From positions 186,001-250,000 of the IMG/VR virus record IMGVR_UViG_3300026521_000003: a stretch of DNA of 64,000 nucleotides; one strand, 5' to 3'. Shown in pieces: positions 1 to 10,063 of this stretch. Under the pieces are notes generated by a model that was given only the letters and a program-made list of their open reading frames with translations, had not been told where the DNA came from and made no database searches. The translations under genes were made by a program, and so were the position numbers. How positions within the stretch are numbered: the first letter of the stretch is position 1; each line of letters begins with the position of its first letter.

Positions 1-2
1 AA

Positions 3-662
3 GATTTATCTGATGATGAACAGTTTCAAGTTTTACGAATATATGATGTTCACTTTAGAATTGGTGCACCGATGATCACAGATGCAGAATATGATTTATA
101 TGATTCTATATATAAACAAGAAACAAATGATACTACTCCAATTATGTTTGAACCTAGTGTACAAGCTTGGGAGAAGGAAAAACATACTATTGTTATGGGT
201 TCATTGAGTAAATGCAATACTTTAGAAGAAGTAGAGAAATGGAATAATAAGCCTAATATTATTGCTAGTCATAAAGTTATATCTGAAAAACTAGATGGGA
301 TTTCTTTAGAATTGATATACGAGAAAGGTGTATTTAAAAAAGCTATTACTAGAGGAGATGGTAAAGTCGGTGAGAATATAACTGAAAATGCTATTTATTT
401 TGATGGTGTTGTAAAAGAATTAGGAGAAAAGCTAGATTGTGCTGTAAGAGGCGAGGTTATGATTTTAAAGGATAACCTTAATAGTATTAATACTATTCTT
501 TTAAGAGAAGGAAAGGATGCATTAAAGAATACTAGAAATGGTGTTGCCGGTCAAGCAACTAAATTTAAAGATAGAAATGAGGAAATATTATCTCTTATAA
601 CCTTTATTGCATATGAAATTCAAATTTTTAATATTTCTCATACAGGTGAAAATGTTCTTTAA
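3..662 (+). CDS. ligA: NAD-dependent DNA ligase, N-terminal part only (starts before the window; stops inside the adenylation domain)
   Basis: Frame open from base 3 (DLSDDEQFQVLRIYDVHFRIGAPMITDAEYD). Contains MGSL, motif I EKLDG, TRGDGKVGENIT, VRGEV, RNGVAG and FIAY. TAA at 660-662 precedes motifs IV/V and the OB, Zn and HhH domains. Confidence 0.9.
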   Translation, partial: DLSDDEQFQVLRIYDVHFRIGAPMITDAEYDLYDSIYKQETNDTTPIMFEPSVQAWEKEKHTIVMGSLSKCNTLEEVEKWNNKPNIIASHKVISEKLDGISLELIYEKGVFKKAITRGDGKVGENITENAIYFDGVVKELGEKLDCAVRGEVMILKDNLNSINTILLREGKDALKNTRNGVAGQATKFKDRNEEILSLITFIAYEIQIFNISHTGENVL

Positions 663-1102
663 GTTCTTTTAAATATACTTTCTTTCGGGTCATAACCTAC
701 GGTGGAATCATTAATCCATTGTTGGTCTGTAGCTAATCTTAATTCTAAAATTTCTGTGGTTTCAAATTCTAGATATAATAATTCCATTACAATTATAACT
801 TCTTGTTCTAGATTACCATGTGGATATGCTTCAATTCTAAGAACTTGTACTCTAGGTTCATATTTTTCAATAACTGTCTGAATTTCAGTTTTAGCTATAT
901 TACGAATTCTATTAATATTTTGTTCATGAATTAATCTATGAAGATTGGTACCATATTCTGGATCATAAACTCTTGAACCTTTTTCTGTTTTTAAAATATT
1001 TAAAATGGATCGTTTTATTAATTCTCTATCATGATCTACAAATCCATCAATACTAGATCCCTCAATAGGGAATAGTCTAAACATGCCTGTATATGTGCTC
1101 AT
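659..1102 (-). CDS. Baseplate wedge protein, GPW/gp25 family
   Basis: IKRSILNILKTEKGSRVYDPEYGTNL...IEKYEPRV is the gp25/GPW pattern. Confidence 0.85.
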   Translation of the reverse strand: MSTYTGMFRLFPIEGSSIDGFVDHDRELIKRSILNILKTEKGSRVYDPEYGTNLHRLIHEQNINRIRNIAKTEIQTVIEKYEPRVQVLRIEAYPHGNLEQEVIIVMELLYLEFETTEILELRLATDQQWINDSTVGYDPKESIFKRT

Positions 1103-1103
1103 T

Positions 1104-1487
1104 TTAATATCCTAATGCTTTTCTTACTGAATTCATAGAAGGTATTTTTAATTTTCTACCAAAGTAGAATCCTGTAAACGGATCTGTTATTCCATTTCGT
1201 TCGGCAATAATCCACCAAAATTTTGAATTACCATAGAATTTATATGATATTGCATCAGGTCTATTAGTGTATTTTGCATGGTCAATAGTCCATACATCAT
1301 CATCTAATTCTGCAATACTTAAATCGACTCTATGTTCCCATGTTTTACTTTTTGTTCCTGGTAACATATATGAAAATCTATTAACATCTCTTTTTGATGT
1401 ATCTTGAACTTTGAACCATTCTTGTTCTTGTTGAGGTACACTAGATCTGCTATCGTCGTATGGTCTTATAGGCATATCAAACTCCAT
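1104..1487 (-). CDS. Baseplate wedge protein, gp53-like (LysM-like)
   Basis: RPDAISYKFYGNSKFWWIIAERNGITDPF...LKIP; adjacent to gp25; AATAAATA upstream (1501-1508, minus). Confidence 0.8.
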   Translation of the reverse strand: MEFDMPIRPYDDSRSSVPQQEQEWFKVQDTSKRDVNRFSYMLPGTKSKTWEHRVDLSIAELDDDVWTIDHAKYTNRPDAISYKFYGNSKFWWIIAERNGITDPFTGFYFGRKLKIPSMNSVRKALGY

Positions 1488-1547
1488 TTAGTTATTTACT
1501 TATTTATTCAGTAAAATGTAAAATATTTGTATAAAGGGGAAAATCAT

Positions 1548-1979
1548 ATGCAAGACTATTTAAAAAATGTTTATAGAATACATATTGTTGATAGTCATTC
1601 ATTACCGATCAATTTAATATTAGAGGAAGTTTATCATTTATACGATACAACTGAAAGTGGTTATGATGGATGGTCAAGTAATGACAAGTCAAAAAAATCA
1701 TTAATTATTAGTCATCGTAATTGGGCTAATATAGCATTAATATCAAATCCAAAAAATAGATCTATATCTGAATTAATAGGGTATGGTGCTGAATTGGTTG
1801 AAAAATCTTTAGTTTATGACACGATAACAGATGCAACAATACAGATGGCTTTTATAGCTACAAAATTTGATGTAGGTGCAGATAAAATATATGATGTTAC
1901 TAATAATATTTTAAGTGCATCGGCTTATAAACAATTACTAAAAATATTTTATAATGATTTTCCTGAAAAAATTATTTAA
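1548..1979 (+). CDS. Hypothetical protein, C-terminal PE-tag family
   Basis: ATG at 1548 after AAGGGG; ends NDFPEKII*. Confidence 0.75.
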   Translation: MQDYLKNVYRIHIVDSHSLPINLILEEVYHLYDTTESGYDGWSSNDKSKKSLIISHRNWANIALISNPKNRSISELIGYGAELVEKSLVYDTITDATIQMAFIATKFDVGADKIYDVTNNILSASAYKQLLKIFYNDFPEKII

Positions 1980-1988
1980 GGATGAAAA

Positions 1989-2564
1989 ATGATAAGAATT
2001 GCGTTATTGGGTGCACCTGGATGTGGGAAATCGACATTAGCAGCATATGTTTTTGCTATGTTAAAAGATGAAGGATTAGATGGAGATCTCGTTCAAGAAT
2101 ATATTAGAGAACATATTAATAAGCATAAAAAAGTACCATCGATTACATTTCAATCAATAGTTTATGAGCGTCAATTAGAAAAAGAAAAGATACTGCCAAA
2201 AAACTTAGATTTCTTTGTAACAGATAGTCCTCATATTTTATCGTATGTTTATGCTGCAATGTATATAGATTATAATGATATTGATCAGGTAGAATTATTA
2301 GCGGATTTATATTTTAAATTTTTAAAAGAGAGTAGAACCGCTTATGATTTAGTTTATGTCTTGGAGCATAATCATAAACCTAATATGGAAGATGGAGTAC
2401 GATACCAATCTAAACAAGAGATGAAAATTCTTAAAAAAGGTATTCCACATTTTTTAGATATGCATAAAGTTAATTATAAAGTGTTAGATAAAGAATTGTC
2501 TACAAAAGATAGAGCTAAAAAAATAGTTAAAGATGTTAAAAAAATGCTAAAAAGTAATAAATAA
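1989..2564 (+). CDS. P-loop kinase/ATPase, NadR-like (AAA_28-type)
   Basis: Walker A GAPGCGKST, then QEYIRE, VTDSP, YDLVY and DGVR. Confidence 0.7.
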   Translation: MIRIALLGAPGCGKSTLAAYVFAMLKDEGLDGDLVQEYIREHINKHKKVPSITFQSIVYERQLEKEKILPKNLDFFVTDSPHILSYVYAAMYIDYNDIDQVELLADLYFKFLKESRTAYDLVYVLEHNHKPNMEDGVRYQSKQEMKILKKGIPHFLDMHKVNYKVLDKELSTKDRAKKIVKDVKKMLKSNK

Positions 2565-2592
2565 TACTAAAATAGTAAAGGAACATAAAAGT

Positions 2593-3237
2593 ATGAAATT
2601 AGAGCAATATATGTTTACGGAAGAAGAATATACGCAATTAGTTACAATTTTTGAAATGCAAGAAATTTTAAGAAGACCAGAATTATTAGACGAAGGATTT
2701 ATTTTAGAAGAAGGAATAACCGATACTTTTAAAAATATGATGGATACAGTTTATAAGCATTCTAATACAATTAAAAAACATGCTCATGGTGGTTTAATTT
2801 CACAAATTAAAAAAGCGACTACAAATGGATGGAAATTTTTAAAAGCTGTAGTTCAATTTTATAATAAAAAGATTACAGAAGATGAATTTAAAGCTGTATG
2901 GGAGGAATTAAAACCATCACAAAAAGAAATAATGGATTTTCTTATTAATTTAGATATGGTAACACTTCATTTAATTACCGGACCTTTACATATGATTGGA
3001 GCAATAACAGGAATTCATTTAGATCATATAGTAGCTGAAAGATTAAAAAAATCTGGAATAGAAACAGATTCTGAAGTTGGTTTGATAACAAATATTTATA
3101 ATATTGCTAAACAATTAAAAGATCGCGTTACTACAATTCTAGATGGTGAAGCAAAAGAGAAAGCTGTGGCTGCTGTAACTAATTTAGCTGCAGCACTACC
3201 AGGACCAACTCCGGAGGAATTTGGAGTTGCTTCATAA
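2593..3237 (+). CDS. Hypothetical late protein, possible head-internal protein
   Basis: AATAAATA upstream near 2557; acidic N-terminus with (L/I)xE sites. Confidence 0.6.
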   Translation: MKLEQYMFTEEEYTQLVTIFEMQEILRRPELLDEGFILEEGITDTFKNMMDTVYKHSNTIKKHAHGGLISQIKKATTNGWKFLKAVVQFYNKKITEDEFKAVWEELKPSQKEIMDFLINLDMVTLHLITGPLHMIGAITGIHLDHIVAERLKKSGIETDSEVGLITNIYNIAKQLKDRVTTILDGEAKEKAVAAVTNLAAALPGPTPEEFGVAS

Positions 3238-3282
3238 TTTATATTTTTTGTATAATTATATAAAACCAATGAAGGAATATTA

Positions 3283-3669
3283 ATGTCTAAAAATTTTGAA
3301 ATAAATTTAACACCGCAGCATGAAGAATGGATTAAGCTAATCCCAAATGCATCAAAAAATATGGATATTGTATTTAATAAACTTATTGAATATTCAATAA
3401 ACGATAATATTTTATTAGAGATTATTTCGCAAACTTTAACGGTTGCGGATTTACAAAAATTCAAAAATAGTTATTCAAAAATGCAATCAAAAAGAGCTTC
3501 GTTTATAGATGATTTAGAAATTACTAAAAAGTCTATGAAGCATATCGAAATAGTAGATGAACCAAAAATTATTGAAGATTTAGAACCTATAAAAAAAGAA
3601 ACTAAAATATCACAAAAACCAAAACAGTCTAAAAAAGTTTCTCATGGTTTTGATGAAGATACATTTTAA
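3283..3669 (+). CDS. Hypothetical protein
   Basis: ORF with AAGGA SD and upstream TGTATAAT. Confidence 0.7.
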   Translation: MSKNFEINLTPQHEEWIKLIPNASKNMDIVFNKLIEYSINDNILLEIISQTLTVADLQKFKNSYSKMQSKRASFIDDLEITKKSMKHIEIVDEPKIIEDLEPIKKETKISQKPKQSKKVSHGFDEDTF

Positions 3670-3678
3670 AGGAAAAAT

Positions 3679-3969
3679 ATGAAATTGTTATTAACTGATA
3701 AATTAACAAATGAAGAATTAATTGAACTAAAAAAAAGAGTATCCATTATGATGGGAGAAATGTTTATGGAGGGTATCACTACTGGTAGAGAGTTATATAC
3801 TGATGATCTCCATCCAGATACAGAACGTTTGATAAAAAATAGAATTGATGATATTTCTAAATATATTTTGGATGATGTTATATGGACAAGAAAACCAAAT
3901 GAAGATAATCCAGATTTAGATGAAATTGAAAAGTCTGGACCAGATCAACAAAATATTAAAGAGGTTTAA
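3679..3969 (+). CDS. Hypothetical protein
   Basis: ORF with AAGGA SD. Confidence 0.65.
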   Translation: MKLLLTDKLTNEELIELKKRVSIMMGEMFMEGITTGRELYTDDLHPDTERLIKNRIDDISKYILDDVIWTRKPNEDNPDLDEIEKSGPDQQNIKEV

Positions 3970-4334
3970 GCCTCTTTAACTTTGTCCATGTATTTAAATA
4001 TTAAATCTGCACGAGATTTTTCTAATTCTTTATATCGCTCTTGAAAATTAATTTTTTCAATATCTTCAAAATCAACATTTTCCATATTTTCTTTTAACTC
4101 TTGTGTAGTAATAAGATAAGCAACAGCAAATTTTGTAGCATCTTCTATATTTTTTGATACTGCCCACGAAGCTATAGTTAATGAGGATTCACCAGAAAAT
4201 TCTAAATATGTTTTTTCTTCATTAAAGTATCGCTCAAAAGTTCTTTTAATAATTAATATTTCATTTTTTGAATTCCACCTACCATTATCAAGGATATAAA
4301 TATCATCACCATGCTTAAACATTATTATCCCCAA
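3966..4334 (-). CDS. Hypothetical protein
   Basis: Last ORF of a minus-strand run. Confidence 0.6.
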   Translation of the reverse strand: MGIIMFKHGDDIYILDNGRWNSKNEILIIKRTFERYFNEEKTYLEFSGESSLTIASWAVSKNIEDATKFAVAYLITTQELKENMENVDFEDIEKINFQERYKELEKSRADLIFKYMDKVKEA

Positions 4335-4701
4335 TTACGGTAACTACAACACCATCTTTTACAGTAACTTTATGATTGTTTATAGAAAATGTGCCGTTTC
4401 CAATCAATTTAATTTCATCTAACTTATTTGATGGAATAATCTTATTCTGTAATTCATTTAGATCAATTCCTAGTACTCGTTCTATATAACGTAACATAGC
4501 ATGTTCACTAATTACTATATTTGATGGAGTCTTCTTTTTAAGTTTTTCTATTGCGCTTTGTAAATAGTCGATTTTTTTCTTCATAGCAGCAGATTCTTTT
4601 TGTTTCTCAGCAATTTCGATGTTTAATGTTTTTCTTTCTGCTTGAAGTTTATTTCGTCTAGTTTCAAGACCTTTCAGTTCGGCTGAATTTTTTATTGACA
4701 T
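4315..4701 (-). CDS. Coiled-coil protein with C-terminal SEHAxxRYxER domain
   Basis: N-terminal coiled coil followed by VISEHAMLRYIERV...GVVVTV. Confidence 0.65.
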   Translation of the reverse strand: MSIKNSAELKGLETRRNKLQAERKTLNIEIAEKQKESAAMKKKIDYLQSAIEKLKKKTPSNIVISEHAMLRYIERVLGIDLNELQNKIIPSNKLDEIKLIGNGTFSINNHKVTVKDGVVVTVIGDNNV

Positions 4702-5462
4702 GTTTTAACATCTCCTAATAATGATGAAATTTTTATTGGTGAAAGGCTAGTACAATGTTCTAACGATACATTAATACTATTTGAAAAAATACTATTTTTT
4801 GTATGTGTATGTCCATGTATATTGATTTCGCCCGATACATCTGTAAAAATTTCTTCTAATAAATCTGTTATCTTCCCATATTTTTTCACATCCCACTCAT
4901 TATTATTAAAAATAGGATAATGTGAAAATAATACTGTTTTGTTATCAATTTCAATAAATAAACCGTTCCAATATCTATCGATTTTTGGAGTTAGATCAAA
5001 GGTATTATTACCTATAACTATTTTTATATTTTCAATAACATCTTTCCAACCAGCTTCAATATATGTTCTTGCATTTTTTAAATCGTGATTTCCTCTTATA
5101 AGTATTTTATTACCGTTTAATCTTTTAGTTATTTCATCAATTCCTCTAAATGCAAAATCCCCAAGATGTAATACGGTGTCATTTACACCTATATTATTAT
5201 TCCATTTTTCAACTAACATTTCATCATGATAAGGTATTAAAAATTTTGCTAGTTTAGTCATACGTTCATTATTTCTTTGTTCATCGATAGGTATTGAGTT
5301 GATAAGAGATAAGAGTTCAGTACTTTCTGAAATAATATCGGTATTATAGTCTAATAGATATTCTAAACGTATAGGTTCAAATATAAGTACTCTCCAATGA
5401 CCGAAATGAGTATCGGATATAATCCAATTATCGTCATTGATTGTTGTAGATAAATCAATCAT
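4692..5462 (-). CDS. Calcineurin-like metallophosphoesterase
   Basis: Motifs SDTHFGH, HLGDF, RGNHD, SHYP and HGHTH. Confidence 0.9.
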   Translation of the reverse strand: MIDLSTTINDDNWIISDTHFGHWRVLIFEPIRLEYLLDYNTDIISESTELLSLINSIPIDEQRNNERMTKLAKFLIPYHDEMLVEKWNNNIGVNDTVLHLGDFAFRGIDEITKRLNGNKILIRGNHDLKNARTYIEAGWKDVIENIKIVIGNNTFDLTPKIDRYWNGLFIEIDNKTVLFSHYPIFNNNEWDVKKYGKITDLLEEIFTDVSGEINIHGHTHTKNSIFSNSINVSLEHCTSLSPIKISSLLGDVKTCQ

Positions 5463-5525
5463 AATTTTCCTTTAAATATTTGGAATATAATACCAAATAC
5501 AAACTTAAATTATGATTAATTATAA

Positions 5526-5798
5526 TTAAATGAGATTTTCTAAATAATCTAAAGCTTCGTCTTTTGATAAAATGATATGTTCGGCAGCAAAGATCATATT
5601 TCCAACGTCGTCTTTTGTTGCTCTATACAAGTCTGCCATTTCATCATTATTAGGTATTCTTATTGCTGCTAATGCTGCAAAATAAAAATCATCTATTTCA
5701 TCATCATCACTAGGAATATATAGTAGAATTATATATGGCGCAATAGAATCATATTCTTCAATGGCATCTATTAACATCTCTATTTGTGCTTCAAACAT
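5526..5798 (-). CDS. Acidic hypothetical protein
   Basis: ORF with AGGAG SD. Confidence 0.65.
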   Translation of the reverse strand: MFEAQIEMLIDAIEEYDSIAPYIILLYIPSDDDEIDDFYFAALAAIRIPNNDEMADLYRATKDDVGNMIFAAEHIILSKDEALDYLENLI

Positions 5799-5906
5799 AT
5801 ACTTGCTCCTTATTATCTTAATTATACAAAAATTAGATTATACTTTTTTTAATCTTTATCTAAGATTATTTATTATATAATTAATGAAAAAAAGGATTTT
5901 CTAATA

Positions 5907-6272
5907 TTGTTTAAGATAAGTAATGAAGAACTTATTATTGGTGATGGTATATGGGTCTTTAAACTAGATTTATTGGCTACATCAGTTTTAGAAATAACTC
6001 ACCCTAAATACTATATTTATAAAGGCAAATATTCGGATGATATGACAGAGTATATTTTACTTACTAATAATGGTTATGAGCTAAAAATACCGGTCACTAT
6101 ATATTTTACTCATTTAGAAACAGGCAATTATATTTTAAGATCGTCAAGACAGGATATTATCTATATTCTCAAAAATATATTAAAAAATACAACTTGTGAT
6201 ATGAGTTGTAGATTCTTAACTAGAGAATATTTGAAAACAATAGAAAAGGATTTTCCAGAATGGCTGGTTTAA
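5907..6272 (+). CDS. Hypothetical protein, C-terminal PE-tag family
   Basis: Ends KDFPEWLV*. Confidence 0.7.
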   Translation: MFKISNEELIIGDGIWVFKLDLLATSVLEITHPKYYIYKGKYSDDMTEYILLTNNGYELKIPVTIYFTHLETGNYILRSSRQDIIYILKNILKNTTCDMSCRFLTREYLKTIEKDFPEWLV

Positions 6273-6778
6273 TTGTTGAAGAATCTGGTTTAACTCCAGA
6301 TAATCTACCATATTATATTATTGTTGATGAAACTTTAGGTACACGTAATGGTTATGTTGGTGTTTTTAAAAATCATCCATATTATAAAAAGCACTATACT
6401 CATGGATTGTTAGAAATTGAAGATTACGAACAATCGATCGAATATAACATATCTGTTCATGGTGGAATAACATATAGTGGATTTTTACAGACTGAAATAA
6501 TCGGTGCGGATAATCCTTATTATTTTGGATTTGATTGTGGTCATTTAGGAGATGGAAAGATTTCTCCGGATGATATGGATTTAATTATTGCTGATACAAA
6601 ACTAGATGATAAAACCAAACAAAGATTGAAGAATAGCTATAGATCTACACATTCGCTATTTGCTAAGTATGGTGTTCTGAATTTTAATAGTCCAAATGAA
6701 AAAGTTCGTAGTAAAGAATATGTCCGAGAAGAATGTTTTAAATTGAGTTCTCAGTTAATAAAATTGGAGGATATATAA
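6260..6778 (+). CDS. Conserved phage hypothetical protein
   Basis: RNGYVGV...VHGGITYS...FGFDCGH pattern, recognised from phage hypothetical proteins. Confidence 0.7.
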   Translation: MAGLIVEESGLTPDNLPYYIIVDETLGTRNGYVGVFKNHPYYKKHYTHGLLEIEDYEQSIEYNISVHGGITYSGFLQTEIIGADNPYYFGFDCGHLGDGKISPDDMDLIIADTKLDDKTKQRLKNSYRSTHSLFAKYGVLNFNSPNEKVRSKEYVREECFKLSSQLIKLEDI

Positions 6779-7353
6779 TGTTATTTGATTTTGAAAGGCC
6801 TTTATATACAAGACAAGATTTAACTGAATATAATATTGATAGAAATAAGTTTTATTATATCGGATTTAAAAGTGGAAATCAGATTAAATCAAGACCGATA
6901 AAAATATTAGATATATATACTGTTCGATCAACTTCCACCGGCTCTAAATATTTACGTACAGACGTAAAGTGGAAATATATTTTTGAGGTTGAATCTAAAT
7001 TTAATAGGAAAATTAGAAAATTGGATTTTTGGAAGAAAATATTTGGATCTAAAAAAATATTAGATAAACCTATTACGGAAAAATATGAAATTATTTTTCA
7101 AGAAGATTATGATATGATTAACTTTTATTTGCTTGCTGAAACTCCGGAAGAAGCGGAAGTAAAATGTTTGTTGCAATTAGAGAGAAATAATAAATTATAT
7201 AATATATCTAAAAAAATAGTTATGGAATATAAGGAATTATATCCTAATATTTTTTTAAAGGTATTAGATCAAAAATATGATAAATTATGTAATGATACCA
7301 ATTATTACAGCTTTTTCAATATTTTAGATGATACAAGGAATAAACATGGCTAG
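6778..7353 (+). CDS. Hypothetical protein (degenerate internal PE-like motif)
   Basis: GGAGG SD; contains ELYPNIFL near the C-terminus. Confidence 0.65.
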   Translation: MLFDFERPLYTRQDLTEYNIDRNKFYYIGFKSGNQIKSRPIKILDIYTVRSTSTGSKYLRTDVKWKYIFEVESKFNRKIRKLDFWKKIFGSKKILDKPITEKYEIIFQEDYDMINFYLLAETPEEAEVKCLLQLERNNKLYNISKKIVMEYKELYPNIFLKVLDQKYDKLCNDTNYYSFFNILDDTRNKHG

Positions 7354-7774
7354 TTTTTTTTCAAAGTCTAACCCTAATATTTTTACATCAAAAAATACTT
7401 TTGTACATACATTAGTTTCAGAGGTCAGAGCAAACGGTAGTATTGATTTTTGGGTATTAAATAAACAACATTTAGAAATTTATAAATTTAGAGTTATACA
7501 AATATCAGATTTTGATATAACCATTGATTTGATTAATGATTTAGCTAATGAATTTATAATGAATACAACATTTGTAATTCATATGAAAAATAAAATTGTA
7601 GAGTTGATGGATGAAATACCGGGAAAAGTATATTTAAAACGATTAGATTGTTATCGAGATTTATATAGTGGTTTGAATGAAAAACTCAAAAGAGTAAAAA
7701 GTGATGATTTACGAATAGAATTAGAAGAAAAAGTAGATTACATTGAATCTACTTTTCCAGAATTATTAATTTGA
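7328..7774 (+). CDS. Hypothetical protein, C-terminal PE-tag family
   Basis: Ends STFPELLI*; true start is probably ATG 7346. Confidence 0.7.
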   Translation: MIQGINMASFFSKSNPNIFTSKNTFVHTLVSEVRANGSIDFWVLNKQHLEIYKFRVIQISDFDITIDLINDLANEFIMNTTFVIHMKNKIVELMDEIPGKVYLKRLDCYRDLYSGLNEKLKRVKSDDLRIELEEKVDYIESTFPELLI

Positions 7775-8548
7775 TTAACGTCTTTTTTTCTTTTTAATAC
7801 AACTCATAGTTTTAAAAGAGAATGTTTTGCCTTTACCAGCACATCTTTTAATTTTTGTTGCATATTTTTTTCTTTTTTTAGCCATTATTTTTCTAGATTT
7901 TTTACCTGCCACACTTCGTGCATATTTCTTAGCAGCCATACGTTTTTTCATGGATGATTTTTTAAGCATTAATCCTTCAGTTAGTCCTTCATCTTCTATA
8001 TAATCTAGCAACATTTGCCCTTTATCTGATTTTTTAAATGCTTCTGGATTTTCCATATAATCATCCCATAACATTTCAACTTCATCATCAATATATGTTG
8101 ATCCATAACATGATTTAAAATCGTCAAATGTTATAGCTTCTGCGATTAGGTTTTCATTGATAACTTTGCTTGATCCCCATCCATCGTGAGTAAAACCATA
8201 TTCATTGCTTAGTTTATCAGCGATAAAATCATCAATATCATCTTCAGACATGCCCTCTAATTCAACATCATCAATTTTTAATGTGACTGTTGTCGGAAGA
8301 TCGGCTATATCTTCTTCATCATCAGCATCCCACTTAACACCACTAATAATAATTTTAGCTTCAGCTAAATTTTCATCATCTAAAATTGAATTAAAAATAT
8401 ATTCTATATCTTCTGACAAAATATCTAATTCATTATAAGTTATAGCATTATTCTCAACCATTTCAATAATGCTTTCTATCGCCATGACATAATTTTCTGA
8501 CGTATTATTATCAGAAGTATTATTTAACATTTCTGATAATAATGCCAT
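7775..8548 (-). CDS. Acidic/basic late protein, possible prohead core or internal head protein
   Basis: Start MALLSE at 8548 overlaps the upstream stop (TAATG). Acidic body, K/R-rich tail; paralogue of 8548-9060. Confidence 0.6.
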   Translation of the reverse strand: MALLSEMLNNTSDNNTSENYVMAIESIIEMVENNAITYNELDILSEDIEYIFNSILDDENLAEAKIIISGVKWDADDEEDIADLPTTVTLKIDDVELEGMSEDDIDDFIADKLSNEYGFTHDGWGSSKVINENLIAEAITFDDFKSCYGSTYIDDEVEMLWDDYMENPEAFKKSDKGQMLLDYIEDEGLTEGLMLKKSSMKKRMAAKKYARSVAGKKSRKIMAKKRKKYATKIKRCAGKGKTFSFKTMSCIKKKKRR

Positions 8549-9060
8549 TATCTTCTCTCCATTGGTCTTGCACAACCACCTTTTCTTTTAGAATAAACCA
8601 TACCTTTTTTCTTACAAGCTTCTTTTTTCTTTTTAAGTTTTTTATCTTTAAGTTTTCTTTTCTTAGCAGCCATTTTAAGTTTAGCTTTATTTTTCATTCT
8701 GTATTTTCTAGCAGCCATTTTTGCTTTAGCTGACATTTTTTTAAGTTTCTTAGCTTCAGTTAAATCTTCTTCATCCATATCAAAATCTTCAGATAAAAAA
8801 TCGATAGTAGAATCTAAAACTTCTAATTCATCTTCATTAAGTGCATTTTCTTCAATCATTTCAATTAATGTATGTAATGCTTCAACTAATTCTTCATTAG
8901 AATCAATATCTTCCATCATTACTGTTTTTGAACAACCACATTCAGGACATCTATCACCTTCTTCACCTTCAAATTCATGACCACACTTAGTGCATTTAAT
9001 CATACTCATTTCTTCCATTAATTCACTTTCGTAGTCTACCATATCATTTAATCTAGCCAT
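8548..9060 (-). CDS. Acidic/basic late protein with CxxC-CxxC, possible prohead core protein
   Basis: TATAAATA at 9088-9095 (minus) and AGGAG SD. Shares IEM(I/V)ENNA/EENA...EL..L and LTE + basic tail with the neighbour. Confidence 0.6.
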   Translation of the reverse strand: MARLNDMVDYESELMEEMSMIKCTKCGHEFEGEEGDRCPECGCSKTVMMEDIDSNEELVEALHTLIEMIEENALNEDELEVLDSTIDFLSEDFDMDEEDLTEAKKLKKMSAKAKMAARKYRMKNKAKLKMAAKKRKLKDKKLKKKKEACKKKGMVYSKRKGGCARPMERR

Positions 9061-9087
9061 TTCTAACTCCTAATTATTATTTTAATT

Positions 9088-9095
9088 TATTTATA
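9088..9095 (-). promoter_or_regulatory. T4-type late promoter TATAAATA
   Basis: Exact TATAAATA 28 nt upstream of the 9060 start. Confidence 0.65.
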
Positions 9096-9175
9096 CTGCT
9101 AAACTTAAAATATGTAAAATAAAGATTGAAAATAGAAAAAAAGAATAAATAAAAGAAAAACTCTTAGGTAGATAA

Positions 9176-9826
9176 ATGCGATTAAATGATATTATTAATA
9201 AAGAACAGATTGATGAAAGTATGATGGGAATGATTGGGAGTATTTTTTTTATAAATGATAAAAAGAATATAATCCAAAATAACAAAACAATAGATAAAAC
9301 TAAAGAAGAAGTAGCATCAAAACCCTTTGGAGGTGTTTGCAAATATAAAAATAGTGTGTTAATACCAGAAACGCCCGAATACCGTATGAATGACGAAAAA
9401 CTTATTCGAGCTGCAGCTCAAATGTTTAGAGGTAATTGGGTTAATAATAAAGATGCTCAATCATGTTTAAAAAATGTATTGTCACATTTATTGAGCCGTT
9501 TTATATCTAAAATGGAAAATGATGTTAATGATATTGACTTAGGGGTTATAGCCGATTCATTGGCTTCAGATAAACTGGAATATGACAAAACAAATTCTGA
9601 TTTTAGAACAGTAAATAAAGTTTTTACAAGAATAAAATATCATAAAGAAAGAATTTTTGATAAGATGATTTCAGAACCTGGAAATTTTAAAGATAAGTGG
9701 GTTGATGCTAAAGAAGAATTATCAAAAGTTATTGAAAATATTTTAAAGAATGGTGGTGAAACTACAATGGCTTTGGGTCAATTAGCAGCAGAACGTTCAG
9801 ATAATATGAAAGAAAAAATAAAATAA
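9176..9826 (+). CDS. Hypothetical late protein
   Basis: AATAAATA at 9144-9151; N-terminus MRLNDIINKEQIDE. Confidence 0.65.
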   Translation: MRLNDIINKEQIDESMMGMIGSIFFINDKKNIIQNNKTIDKTKEEVASKPFGGVCKYKNSVLIPETPEYRMNDEKLIRAAAQMFRGNWVNNKDAQSCLKNVLSHLLSRFISKMENDVNDIDLGVIADSLASDKLEYDKTNSDFRTVNKVFTRIKYHKERIFDKMISEPGNFKDKWVDAKEELSKVIENILKNGGETTMALGQLAAERSDNMKEKIK

Positions 9827-9829
9827 AAA

Positions 9830-10063
9830 ATGACTATTTTAGATATGGAATTGGAGCCTCTTAGTATGCATGAATTAAGTACGTTAAAATATGAATTTAC
9901 TCAAGATTTTGATAAAATGACTACAAAAGATGCATTATCATTATTACGATTGGTAGTACCAACTATTAAAAATGATAATTATGATGATGAGAAAGTAATT
10001 TTATTATTGCGTAGACTTAATATGATACTGGATTTTAAAAATAACCCAGAATTATTAATTTAA
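9830..10063 (+). CDS. Hypothetical protein, C-terminal PE-tag family
   Basis: Ends KNNPELLI*. Confidence 0.65.
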   Translation: MTILDMELEPLSMHELSTLKYEFTQDFDKMTTKDALSLLRLVVPTIKNDNYDDEKVILLLRRLNMILDFKNNPELLI

